Virus record (IMG/VR): IMGVR_UViG_3300046469_000011
Span: 1 to 64,000 of that record
Source of the DNA: a virus
Taxonomy: Duplodnaviria; Caudoviricetes
Length of the DNA stretch: 64,000 bases
Strand: one strand, 5' to 3'
Positions 1 through 8,681 of the stretch are shown here, piece after piece (within the stretch, counting starts at the first letter, position 1; each line of letters starts with the position of its first letter). The position numbers and the translations under genes are program-made. A model generated the notes under the pieces. The model had not been told where the DNA came from. It saw only the letters and a program-made list of their open reading frames with translations, and did no database searches.

Positions 1-187
1 CGGGACGCGGCTGGGATTCCGCGACCTGATCTTCGACTTCGAGCAGAACGTGGTCAGCTTCAAGACCGCGTAGTTTCTTTCCGCAGAACAAAGCGTGGGC
101 TGAAAATTCGGTCATGGAAATCCATGATCGCCCGCGCTTTGCCCTTCGGGGGATAACAAAAAGCAACGCTCTGAAAGGAGCAAAGTA

Positions 188-376
188 ATGGCCGCAGTAA
201 CCCGCAAGACCAACGCCGACGGAAATATGGTCGGCACATTCGGTGAGCATCGTCGGATTTTCGATCCGCGCACGCTGACGCAGCCGTCGAATTACTTCGA
301 CGAGGAAATCCGCGAATACAAGCGGTTCAAGGCCACCGACATTTCGATGCGGTGCAATCGGGCGGTCGGATTCTGA
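188..376 (+). CDS. hypothetical early protein (62 aa)
   Basis: ORF preceded by AAAGGAG SD. Confidence 0.7.
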   Translation: MAAVTRKTNADGNMVGTFGEHRRIFDPRTLTQPSNYFDEEIREYKRFKATDISMRCNRAVGF

Positions 377-416
377 TAGGCCGCTGTAACAGGTAACGGA
401 TAAAAAAGGAGAAGCA

Positions 417-542
417 ATGCGGAACAAGAACCCCAAAACCCGCACCGCGCTGGTCAAGCGCAGCCACGATCAGAAGATGATCGCGCTGGAAAAGGTGGTC
501 TATGCCATCGATCCGACAGGCGGACAGCCGAGCCAATACTGA
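417..542 (+). CDS. small hypothetical protein (41 aa, MRNKNPKTRT...), not in ORF track
   Basis: AAGGAGAAGCAATG start; TGATG overlap with next ORF. Confidence 0.6.
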   Translation: MRNKNPKTRTALVKRSHDQKMIALEKVVYAIDPTGGQPSQY

Positions 543-700
543 TGTTCGGGATGCCAAAAGATGTCGAGCCGGTAATCGTCGGCTACGCCATTGAAACGCC
601 CAGAGGCGAGCGGAAACCCGCTTTCAGTCTGCCTGACGCCCAGAAGTGTGTCCGCCGAAATGGCGGCAAAGTAATCACTCTCTACCAGGAGCAAAAGTAA
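542..700 (+). CDS. small hypothetical protein (52 aa, MFGMPKDVEP...)
   Basis: Coupled by TGATG and TAATG overlaps on both sides. Confidence 0.55.
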   Translation: MFGMPKDVEPVIVGYAIETPRGERKPAFSLPDAQKCVRRNGGKVITLYQEQK

Positions 701-951
701 TGCCAGCGCGGGAATTGAAAAGCAGGCAGAATGACGGCCTGTTGGTCGAAATTCTGTGGGAGTCGGAGCGCGATGAGGTCTGGCTGCGAGTGTCCGACCA
801 GAAGAATCCCGAGCGGGATTTCTTCAAGGAGATCCCTCGGGACGCGGTGAACAAGGCATTCGTGCATCCGTATCTGTACGAGCCGGACCACGCCGAGCAG
901 ATCGTGGAAAAATTCAAGAGCGTCTTTGACGCCGAGGAAATCAAGGAGTAG
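700..951 (+). CDS. hypothetical protein (MPARELKSR...)
   Basis: AGGAG SD, TAATG overlap; in frame with track ORF 646..951. Confidence 0.7.
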   Translation: MPARELKSRQNDGLLVEILWESERDEVWLRVSDQKNPERDFFKEIPRDAVNKAFVHPYLYEPDHAEQIVEKFKSVFDAEEIKE

Positions 952-953
952 CA

Positions 954-1244
954 ATGGCGAGAAAGACAGTCGAAGTTCGCTATCTGGTTGAGCGCGGGAA
1001 TTATTTCCTCGCACATTCAGAGCCGGAGCAGCGCGACGAGCGCAAAGGCGTCTGTTCGATGGTCGAATTGGCGTTGCACAAAGCCAACGCATATAAGGGC
1101 TATCGGCATCTGGAAAGTGCCGTGATTGACCACTCATTTCTTGACGCCTACAACCGCGATCCAGAGGGCTGCGGGATGACTGGCGCGGAATCAGTCGAGA
1201 AAGCATTTGCAAACGCCGACGATACGAGAAGGGAGTATTTGTGA
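954..1244 (+). CDS. hypothetical protein
   Basis: AAGGAG SD, tiles with neighbours. Confidence 0.7.
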   Translation: MARKTVEVRYLVERGNYFLAHSEPEQRDERKGVCSMVELALHKANAYKGYRHLESAVIDHSFLDAYNRDPEGCGMTGAESVEKAFANADDTRREYL

Positions 1245-1537
1245 TGCCAACCATCGCAAATCTGCCGTTCGCTGACGTGCGGATTGAATTCCCGAGCGGT
1301 GAAGTCAAGACCGTCAATATGCTGCGCTTGCTGGTACAGACGCAGAACGCGGAATTCAAGGCGAAGCATGGAATGTTTCTGCCGAATGTGGGGAAGTTGC
1401 ACCCGACCGTCAGGGCGATCCGCGAGGAATACGAAATTCCTGTGGAGGTCTGTCGGACGTGGGCGCAAGCGGCCAAGCTGCTGCGAATGTTCCACGACGA
1501 TCTGAGCGATCAGATTCATTCCGTCCGGCACCCCTGA
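1241..1537 (+). CDS. hypothetical protein
   Basis: GGGAG SD, GTGA overlap. Confidence 0.7.
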   Translation: MMPTIANLPFADVRIEFPSGEVKTVNMLRLLVQTQNAEFKAKHGMFLPNVGKLHPTVRAIREEYEIPVEVCRTWAQAAKLLRMFHDDLSDQIHSVRHP

Positions 1538-1541
1538 TAGG

Positions 1542-1790
1542 GTGCAAAATCCGATGAAACGGGCGATCAAGAGGCTGTTCACGCATCCCTGCGGGGATTG
1601 CCACATCGAGGGCTGCGATCAACCGCGAGAGCGATTCGCGGACTTCTGCAACGACCATATCGTCGAGCGAATGATCGAAGCACAACGAAGGCATGACGAG
1701 CGCGAATTCAATCGGCAAGCGGATATCGTCGCCGAGGGAATTCGCCGAGCGCGGGAAAATTTCCCCCGCAACACAGGACTGATCCGGTAA
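1542..1790 (+). CDS. hypothetical protein with Cys/His cluster (C..C....C.........C..H)
   Basis: Tiles between neighbours; putative Zn ligands. Confidence 0.6.
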   Translation: MQNPMKRAIKRLFTHPCGDCHIEGCDQPRERFADFCNDHIVERMIEAQRRHDEREFNRQADIVAEGIRRARENFPRNTGLIR

Positions 1791-1837
1791 AGTCGCCGGA
1801 GCAGAAAAAACCAACCCAAAAGTAAGGAGAAGCAACG

Positions 1838-3379
1838 ATGGACAAAACTCGCCACATTTGGTTCCTAGGCAACCTGGCGACGAATTACCCGCACGCCGTA
1901 GCCGATGCGGGCCTGGCGGATATGCGGGAAAAACTCATGGACGAGAATTACCTGCGTGGGCTGAGCGAAGTGCAGATGCTCCGCTACGAGCAGCAGATTC
2001 GGAAGCACATCGGCAACGGCATGGACTGGCCGTGGAAGCTGATTACCAAGCAGGCGGTGATTTCCGAGGCCGCGCTGAGGTATTGCCAGAAGCGCAAGGT
2101 GAATTACCTGCCGGAGTATTTCTACGACGGCATCGTCCACTTTATCGAGCAGGAAATCACGCCGCTTCAGACCGGCAAGAATAAGCCGCTCGATTTCGGC
2201 GTCAAGGGAAATCTCAAGCACCGCTGGGAAGCGGTCACGGCGCTCAAGGGTCACCTGTCCGGGTGCAAGGAAGAAATCAACAAGCACCTGGCAAATAGGG
2301 AAGATCGTAAGGACGAGGACGAGCCGAAGCCCGCACCCACTCCCGAGCCGACTCCCGAGCCGGAACCCGAGCCTCAGCCGGAGCCGGAAGACCTGCCGAA
2401 AAAGGCGATTGAGCTTCGTCAGATCATAACGAATGCTCATTACCTGATGCTGGACCGAGCAATTGCCGATCCGGATAATGTCCCGGACGCAATCGGCATC
2501 CGCCCGTTCGAGGATGGAGCCAAGATGTTCGTGGCAAAAATCCCGAACGAGGCGATTATCTCGGCGATGTTCCAGCATTGGCCCGAGGAATTGAAGCGGG
2601 CCTTGTGGTCACTTCGCGGCAAGGAGTACGAGCGCCAGAACGAAAAGCCCAAGCAGCCGTGGGACTTCGATCCGCAGGCATTTACGGCGGACTCGAATAT
2701 TCCGGGGATGCGGTTTTTCGATCCGAGCAAGCATCACGCGGCGCTCCCGTATCTGCTCACACTGGTTCACCAGCGGATTCCGAGCCTCACTTGGGGTCCG
2801 TCAGGCACCGGAAAGACCACGGCTTGGAAGCATGTGGCCGAGGTTCTCGGAGCGGAGCTTGGTCGGGAATTTCCGTTCGGATTTTTGTCGATGACTCGCG
2901 GCACCAGCCCGAGCGCGTTCTTCGGTCGCCCGAAGATCAACAACACCGCGCTCATGGTCGAGTTCTTGCAGGCACTCGCGTCTGGAAATTCCGATCTGCA
3001 AAAGGAGCTTGCGAAGCGAGCCAAGACCGAAGGCGACGTGGCAATGTCCGTGTGGGAGCAGATTTACACCGGAGGCGGAGTCATGCTGCTGGACGAGATT
3101 GACGCAGGCGATGAGAATTTGATCCTCATTGTCAATGCGGCTATCGCCAACGGGAAGTTCGCCAACACCGCTCGCGGCGAGATTGTCGATATGCACCCCG
3201 ATTTCATCATCGGATTTGCCGGGAACACCAACGGCATGGGTGCGAATCGTCATCACACCGCTCGCAACCGGATGGATCACGCGACTCTGGACCGTGTTCG
3301 CATGGGCCGGGTCGAGTTCCGGATGGACATGAATCTGGCTCACGAGATTTTCAACAACATCGTGAAGGCCGGAGTCTGA
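1838..3379 (+). CDS. MoxR/CobS-like AAA+ ATPase with N-terminal extension and Pro/Glu linker
   Basis: Walker A GPSGTGKT, Walker B LLDEID, HPDF..FAGN and DHATLDR motifs. Confidence 0.85.
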   Translation: MDKTRHIWFLGNLATNYPHAVADAGLADMREKLMDENYLRGLSEVQMLRYEQQIRKHIGNGMDWPWKLITKQAVISEAALRYCQKRKVNYLPEYFYDGIVHFIEQEITPLQTGKNKPLDFGVKGNLKHRWEAVTALKGHLSGCKEEINKHLANREDRKDEDEPKPAPTPEPTPEPEPEPQPEPEDLPKKAIELRQIITNAHYLMLDRAIADPDNVPDAIGIRPFEDGAKMFVAKIPNEAIISAMFQHWPEELKRALWSLRGKEYERQNEKPKQPWDFDPQAFTADSNIPGMRFFDPSKHHAALPYLLTLVHQRIPSLTWGPSGTGKTTAWKHVAEVLGAELGREFPFGFLSMTRGTSPSAFFGRPKINNTALMVEFLQALASGNSDLQKELAKRAKTEGDVAMSVWEQIYTGGGVMLLDEIDAGDENLILIVNAAIANGKFANTARGEIVDMHPDFIIGFAGNTNGMGANRHHTARNRMDHATLDRVRMGRVEFRMDMNLAHEIFNNIVKAGV

Positions 3380-3406
3380 TCCACAGCACGAAATAAAGGA
3401 GAAATA

Positions 3407-4348
3407 ATGACGCAGCCCAAGTTCAAAGAGGGCCAAGTCAAGACGGGCAAGGACGGCAAGAAGTCGCGCATCCTCATCATGGACGTGATGGACATAAAGG
3501 GGCGCATCGAAAAAGTCGTGAGCGACGGCAAGGAGCGATCAACGTTCACGAGCCAGGAAGATCATGCGAGGCTGGATTACATCCGCCAGCATCCCGAGCA
3601 GAAGCTCGACAGCTTCTACGGAAAATTCAAGGATCAGGACGGCAAGACGAAAGACGCCACCGGGTTCGATCTGGCAAGCTGGGTGCGTAACGGATTTCGG
3701 TCCAAATCGTTCAACAGCATCGCCGAGCGGATGCCGATGGGCTTGCAGCATCGCCCGACTTGGAACGAGGAAGAGGGCGATATCGACGTAGGCAGGCTCT
3801 ACGGCGGCTTCGATGATTACATGATGGGTCCGGTTGAGCAGAAGGCCAAGCCTGGAATTCGTATCCAGTTTGGATTCTGTTTCTCGTGCGGAGTCTCAAA
3901 CGAAATCATCGCGGAGTACGGAGCGTTCATCATGGCGCTCATCGCGGGCATGGAATCCGAGGGGTTCGAATTGACCGTGGATGCGCTGATTGCTGTGCGT
4001 GATCCTTTCGTGGGAGAAAACGGAGTCACCAACAATCTGCTGGTGCGCGTCAAGCGAGCCGGTGAGGCGTCGGATTCTCTGAATTGGTCGGTGCTGTTCT
4101 CGCCGGTCGGATTCCGAGTGCTGGGATTTGAGGCAATCTGCATGGCCGGTGATCGGCTGGGAAAGGCGACGAATGGTCATCTGGGCTATCCGGCGACTGG
4201 TCACAAATGGGACCTGACCTACGACCACGAAACGTCCACGGTGACGATCATGTGCAATTCCAGCGCATATTCCGGAGAGCAGGTTCCGGCTGAGGCGTTG
4301 CTCAAAAAGGCCGTCGATGAGGGTCTGTTGCCCGAGCAGGACGTGTAA
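3407..4348 (+). CDS. probable degenerate vWA/CobT-like partner of the AAA+ ATPase
   Basis: Directly downstream of MoxR-type ATPase; EEGDIDVGRL and FSCGVS segments resemble phage vWA-like partners. Confidence 0.55.
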   Translation: MTQPKFKEGQVKTGKDGKKSRILIMDVMDIKGRIEKVVSDGKERSTFTSQEDHARLDYIRQHPEQKLDSFYGKFKDQDGKTKDATGFDLASWVRNGFRSKSFNSIAERMPMGLQHRPTWNEEEGDIDVGRLYGGFDDYMMGPVEQKAKPGIRIQFGFCFSCGVSNEIIAEYGAFIMALIAGMESEGFELTVDALIAVRDPFVGENGVTNNLLVRVKRAGEASDSLNWSVLFSPVGFRVLGFEAICMAGDRLGKATNGHLGYPATGHKWDLTYDHETSTVTIMCNSSAYSGEQVPAEALLKKAVDEGLLPEQDV

Positions 4349-4358
4349 AGGAGAAATA

Positions 4359-4478
4359 ATGCACACAAATAACCGAGTACGAAAGATGCGGACGCGGGTT
4401 GATTCAACGCGAACCGCAGCAGCCAAGATGCGGACCAAGACACGGAAAATGCAACGTCGCGCAAAAGGAGCAATCTGA
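4359..4478 (+). CDS. small basic protein (39 aa, MHTNNRVRKMR...)
   Basis: AAAGGAGAAATAATG start, TGATG overlap. Confidence 0.6.
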   Translation: MHTNNRVRKMRTRVDSTRTAAAKMRTKTRKMQRRAKGAI

Positions 4479-4708
4479 TGACGCTGGAAAAAATGTGGGA
4501 TGAGCTAATCGCTCTGGGCGTGAGCGAAGAAGCAATCCAAACGGTGGTCGATATCAACGGTTACAGCACAGGCACGATGGAGAGCATTCTGTTCGCCCGA
4601 ACGGGCTATCGGAATTTCGATCAGCTTGAGCCGGACGATGACGGCGAAGATGATGTTGTTGTCGAACTCCCCGGCGAGTCCCCCGATGCGTATTGGATGA
4701 ATCCATGA
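4478..4708 (+). CDS. hypothetical acidic protein
   Basis: AAAGGAG SD, coupled ORF. Confidence 0.7.
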   Translation: MTLEKMWDELIALGVSEEAIQTVVDINGYSTGTMESILFARTGYRNFDQLEPDDDGEDDVVVELPGESPDAYWMNP

Positions 4709-4992
4709 GAAGCAATCTGGTCGGAAAAACAGTCGCGCTGACGCTGTGCAAGGCGTGGGACGTGCGAGGCAATCAAACAGAGATTTCGGGACTATGGGAA
4801 GTCGAGGATTGGGATTGCATCGAGCGCGGAGGTCCATTCTTCATTCTGTACGACCCGAGTGGCCCGGACAGTGAGGAAAATTCCGTCACAGTCGATGAGT
4901 ACGACCTGATCGAACAAGTCGATCCTCACGCTTATGGGCGAATTCTCGAACAAGAGCGCATGATGGATTTCATGGAGGAAAGCAATGATTGA
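4705..4992 (+). CDS. hypothetical protein
   Basis: ATGA overlap with upstream ORF. Confidence 0.65.
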   Translation: MRSNLVGKTVALTLCKAWDVRGNQTEISGLWEVEDWDCIERGGPFFILYDPSGPDSEENSVTVDEYDLIEQVDPHAYGRILEQERMMDFMEESND

Positions 4993-5341
4993 AAACATCG
5001 GAACCATCTACGACTGCACCGAGGAACGCGAAATTCTGATCGGATCTCGCGTTGAGATGGAGTGGTTGGCCGAGGAAAATCTTCTGCCTCCGTACTCTGA
5101 GACAACGGCGAAGCTGATCCTGGAAAACACCGGGACAGTTATTCGAGTCACCGATCACGACGGCGATTACTCGGACGAGCTTGAAAGAGGCGTACACATC
5201 CCTCCGACAGTGATCGTGAAATTTGATGACGGGAGCGAAGGTCGCCTGAACACGCAATTCTGGGACATTCCCTACATGGCCGATCCCGACGAGGGCAAAG
5301 GCTATTGCGAGGATTTGCGAGTAATCGGAAAGGAGAACTAA
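4985..5341 (+). CDS. hypothetical protein
   Basis: GGAGG SD. Confidence 0.7.
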   Translation: MIENIGTIYDCTEEREILIGSRVEMEWLAEENLLPPYSETTAKLILENTGTVIRVTDHDGDYSDELERGVHIPPTVIVKFDDGSEGRLNTQFWDIPYMADPDEGKGYCEDLRVIGKEN

Positions 5342-5661
5342 TGACCTGGGACAGAGAAAGAGCGATGGACGAAATCGATCCACGCGACCTGTACGACGAC
5401 GACGAGAACGTTGAGTGCGAAACCTGCGGCTACAGGTGGCACTCAAGAATTATCCCGGCGAGCCGATATAGCCCGAGGGAGTATGTGGACGCCGATTGCC
5501 CGCGCTGTGAGCTTGGGCGAGTCCCGAACGAGACATACACCTACCGCGTGACCGTGGTGGCCCCTGTATCGCAGGAGGAAATGGAAAAGATTTGGGACCG
5601 GCTGATCAACTTCGGCGAGCAGGAACCATTCAAAATCGACTTCGAGGTGGAGCAAATATGA
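5341..5661 (+). CDS. hypothetical Zn-ribbon protein (CETC...CPRC)
   Basis: AAGGAG SD, TAATG overlap, two CxxC motifs. Confidence 0.7.
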   Translation: MTWDRERAMDEIDPRDLYDDDENVECETCGYRWHSRIIPASRYSPREYVDADCPRCELGRVPNETYTYRVTVVAPVSQEEMEKIWDRLINFGEQEPFKIDFEVEQI

Positions 5662-5825
5662 AACACTTTCAATTCGTAGGCGGCATAACGATGTGGGCCG
5701 AGAACGAGGAAGAGGCCCGAGCAGAAATCGAGGCCGCGCTTCGTATCGTCAATAAGTCGGGCGACGGCCCTACGGTCTGGATCGAGGACAACCCGGCAGA
5801 AATCATCGACGAGGATGAGTCGTGA
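5658..5825 (+). CDS. hypothetical protein
   Basis: GGAG SD, ATGA overlap. Confidence 0.6.
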   Translation: MKHFQFVGGITMWAENEEEARAEIEAALRIVNKSGDGPTVWIEDNPAEIIDEDES

Positions 5826-6106
5826 TCGAGGAAAAAGAAGCTCTCGAAAAGCAGATGAGTACCGACGAGTTCATCGGCGAAGTCATCGGAATTTTTCGGC
5901 TACTCGTCTTCAGCATCAGCATTTCGGAAGCTGATCCGGACGATGACGTGAGAATCCCTGAAGATGAGCGCGTCTATGCATTTGTGTCCGGCAGAACAGA
6001 GGATGAGACTGCGTATACCTACTGGTACTACGAAGCGCACAGCCGAACGATGGGCGGAGCATTGAGAAAAGTACGCGAAAAGATCCGCGAGCAACACGGA
6101 AAGTAA
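5822..6106 (+). CDS. hypothetical protein
   Basis: GTGA overlap. Confidence 0.65.
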   Translation: MIEEKEALEKQMSTDEFIGEVIGIFRLLVFSISISEADPDDDVRIPEDERVYAFVSGRTEDETAYTYWYYEAHSRTMGGALRKVREKIREQHGK

Positions 6107-6115
6107 GGAGAACAC

Positions 6116-6382
6116 ATGAAGCATCCGAATTTCAAGCGCACCGAGAAGCTGACGTTCAAGGTCGAGAACGAGAGCGGAGGCTTTCGTATTTCGCTGGGTA
6201 TTTCACCGAATCATTGGGTCCAGGTTCCGGTGAATTTCGAGACAGAGGAAAAGGCCAACCGCGCAGGACAGGCGATTCTGGACTACTCTCTGCCCGCACC
6301 CAAGCCGCTGCCCGATCAGGACGCCAAGCGCGAGCGCACACGCAACGCCAAAGGAATCACAAGCGAAAGGAGTCTGGCATGA
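6116..6382 (+). CDS. hypothetical protein
   Basis: AAGGAG SD. Confidence 0.7.
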   Translation: MKHPNFKRTEKLTFKVENESGGFRISLGISPNHWVQVPVNFETEEKANRAGQAILDYSLPAPKPLPDQDAKRERTRNAKGITSERSLA

Positions 6383-6651
6383 CCGGATCAAAAATCTATC
6401 TCCACGACGACACTGTGATGTTCGTCAAGGAAACCATCGAGGAAATCGAGCTTCGGCTCCTGGCGACTTCGATGCCGGGAATCAACGCCTCGGCAATCAA
6501 GCTCACCCGGCGCGACGGCAGGCGTGTGGTAATTCCACGCGAGAACCTCGCCTACGCCGAGTCATACGAGCGCGATCCGCTCCCCCGGATGGTGGCTGAC
6601 ATCAATCAGGCCGGTGCTGCTGCCGACAAAGAGGCTTTCGACCGTCGATGA
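6379..6651 (+). CDS. hypothetical protein (MTGSKIYLHD...)
   Basis: AAGGAG SD, ATGA overlap. Confidence 0.65.
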   Translation: MTGSKIYLHDDTVMFVKETIEEIELRLLATSMPGINASAIKLTRRDGRRVVIPRENLAYAESYERDPLPRMVADINQAGAAADKEAFDRR

Positions 6652-7250
6652 TGACGCCTCATCAAATTCTGCAATGCGAGGGCGGCCACACCTGGGAGCG
6701 TGAAGGTGGGCGTGGCCGTCCACCGAGCCATTGCCCGGAGTATCCGCGCTGCAAAGTTGATGCAGAGACGCTCACTGAAATTCGTGAGCAGACCGTCATC
6801 GGTCAGATTCACCAAGGGCTGGTCGAAACCGAAGAGCGGATGACGGAAATTCTGATCGACGAAGGGATTGGCTCCGACGAGGCAGCCGACGAAGCCGAGC
6901 AGGAAATCGTTTCCCTGGTCGCCACAGAGGCAGACCCCAAGGAGAATCCCTTCATCAAGCGTCATCAGATCCGCGAGCGCGTTCAGAAAATGAACGAGGG
7001 GCGAGCCGAGAAGTCGGCCAAGCAAGTCGAGGAAGAGCGCCAGCAGTTGGCGAAGGAACTCGAAGAGCTACCGGCAAAAATCAAGGCAGCCACCGACGCC
7101 TACATGGATGCGCTGGGCGCGACCAAGAAGGCCCAGACGATTGACGAGATTATCGCCTCATTCAACAAGGCTGATAATTTGCAGGGTCGTCTGCTCAACT
7201 ATCTGGCCCGCCAGAGAAAAGTTGAATCTCTGCTTGACCAGCAGCAATAA
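6648..7250 (+). CDS. hypothetical protein with N-terminal Zn/GRPP (AT-hook-like) motif and coiled coil
   Basis: CEGGH...GRGRPPSHCP motif; helical C-terminus. Confidence 0.7.
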   Translation: MMTPHQILQCEGGHTWEREGGRGRPPSHCPEYPRCKVDAETLTEIREQTVIGQIHQGLVETEERMTEILIDEGIGSDEAADEAEQEIVSLVATEADPKENPFIKRHQIRERVQKMNEGRAEKSAKQVEEERQQLAKELEELPAKIKAATDAYMDALGATKKAQTIDEIIASFNKADNLQGRLLNYLARQRKVESLLDQQQ

Positions 7251-7262
7251 CCTAGCTACACT
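7234..7262 (+). promoter_or_regulatory. sigma70/sigmaA-type promoter
   Basis: TTGACC-N17-TACACT upstream of the 7298 ORF and Ku. Confidence 0.7.
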
Positions 7263-7297
7263 CTAGCTACAACGTAACCCAAAGCAAAGGAGAAATA

Positions 7298-7459
7298 ATG
7301 CTACTCAGCACGTTTACCTACGAGCGCGACACCAAGAACAAGGTCCGCTTCACCGAAGATGGTGACGAGCCGGTGATCGGAACGCTCTACATGACCAAGC
7401 AGGCTTACAAGAGCTTGGGCGAGCCGAACAGCATCGTCGTCAAAATCGAGGCCGTGTAA
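7298..7459 (+). CDS. small conserved-looking phage protein (53 aa, FTYERDTKNKVRF...IGTLY)
   Basis: AAAGGAGAAATAATG start; TAATG overlap with Ku. Confidence 0.7.
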   Translation: MLLSTFTYERDTKNKVRFTEDGDEPVIGTLYMTKQAYKSLGEPNSIVVKIEAV

Positions 7460-8277
7460 TGCCGTCCCCGAAGAGCATGTGGTCTGGCTCAATTTCGATG
7501 GGGATGATTTCCATTCCCATCACGCTGAGCAAGGCCACTCAGGAAGTCACAGGCGGCTCTCTGCTCAAAACCGTGGCCGTCAATGCGGACGGTACGGTCG
7601 AGCAGATCGACAAGACGGAGCGACTGCCAAGCGGAAAGCCGATTGCTGAGGCCCGCAAGGAAAAGGCCGTGGTGCTGGTCAACGAGAATTCGGAGACTGA
7701 ATTTCGTCTGATCGAGCATGACCAAATGGCGATGATCGAAGAGGCCACGAATACTCCGGTGCTTGAAGTTCTGGCTGTGCAAAAGCTCCACGCTCTGCCG
7801 CTGATGTTCTCGCACTCGACTTATTACGTCCGCTTCAACGACAAGTCCAAGCAGCATCCGAAGGCGTTCGCCATTCTTGTGCGGGCGCTGGCGGAAAATC
7901 GCCTGGGTCTGATCGTCAAGTGGGGTACGGACACCAAGCAGAAGCTCTGTGTCCTGTCCGTCGAGTCGGGCGTTATGATCTTGCGCCAGATTCCCTACCT
8001 GACCGAGATTCGTCCCGCGTCAGACAAGGAGCGCCAGCACTTCAAGGTCGAGGTATCCGATACCGAGGTTGAGAAGATGTCCGCTCTGCTGACGGAAATT
8101 CAGGCCAAGGGATTCAAGTACGGCGAGTTCAAGGACGAGGCATTCGAGCTTCGCGCCGATGTGGTCGCCAAGGTGCTTGAGGGCGAGCCGGTGCCGGTGC
8201 CCGAAAAAGCCCCGGAAGAGCAGATCGGCGATATCATGGCGCTGATCGATGCAGAAATCGAAAAAGCCAAGGCGTAA
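7459..8277 (+). CDS. ku: Ku-like dsDNA end-binding protein
   Basis: N-terminal MWSGSISMGMISIPITL signature; C-terminal DIMALI motif; 272 aa. Confidence 0.85.
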   Translation: MPSPKSMWSGSISMGMISIPITLSKATQEVTGGSLLKTVAVNADGTVEQIDKTERLPSGKPIAEARKEKAVVLVNENSETEFRLIEHDQMAMIEEATNTPVLEVLAVQKLHALPLMFSHSTYYVRFNDKSKQHPKAFAILVRALAENRLGLIVKWGTDTKQKLCVLSVESGVMILRQIPYLTEIRPASDKERQHFKVEVSDTEVEKMSALLTEIQAKGFKYGEFKDEAFELRADVVAKVLEGEPVPVPEKAPEEQIGDIMALIDAEIEKAKA

Positions 8278-8288
8278 GGAGGAATAAT

Positions 8289-8495
8289 ATGTGTCAAAAC
8301 TGCTACTACCGGGAAATGCGTGAGTCGCAGGAGCAGGCCCGCGTCATCATCAAGGAGCATTTCGAGTCAATCGGAGTTCCCGAGGATTCCATCGTGTTCA
8401 AGATGGCCGAGTTGCAGATCGCCTGCAACCTGAATCCCGAGTTGATGAGCGAAGTCGTGCGGCTCTATCCCGACCCGATTGCGCTACGGTCGTGA
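8289..8495 (+). CDS. hypothetical protein
   Basis: AAGGAGG SD. Confidence 0.65.
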   Translation: MCQNCYYREMRESQEQARVIIKEHFESIGVPEDSIVFKMAELQIACNLNPELMSEVVRLYPDPIALRS

Positions 8496-8681
8496 AGCAC
8501 TACACAATTTTCCCCATGTGGGGAGACAGGAGCGGGGATGTTCTCTATGAGGGCATCTTCCGCTCATCCAGCGATAGCGGATTTCGCGATGACGTAGCCA
8601 ACGCGATCCACGAAGCACAACACGCTGAGGCTGACCGAATCGAAATCGTCATCGATCTGGACTAACGAAAGGAGAAATAAC

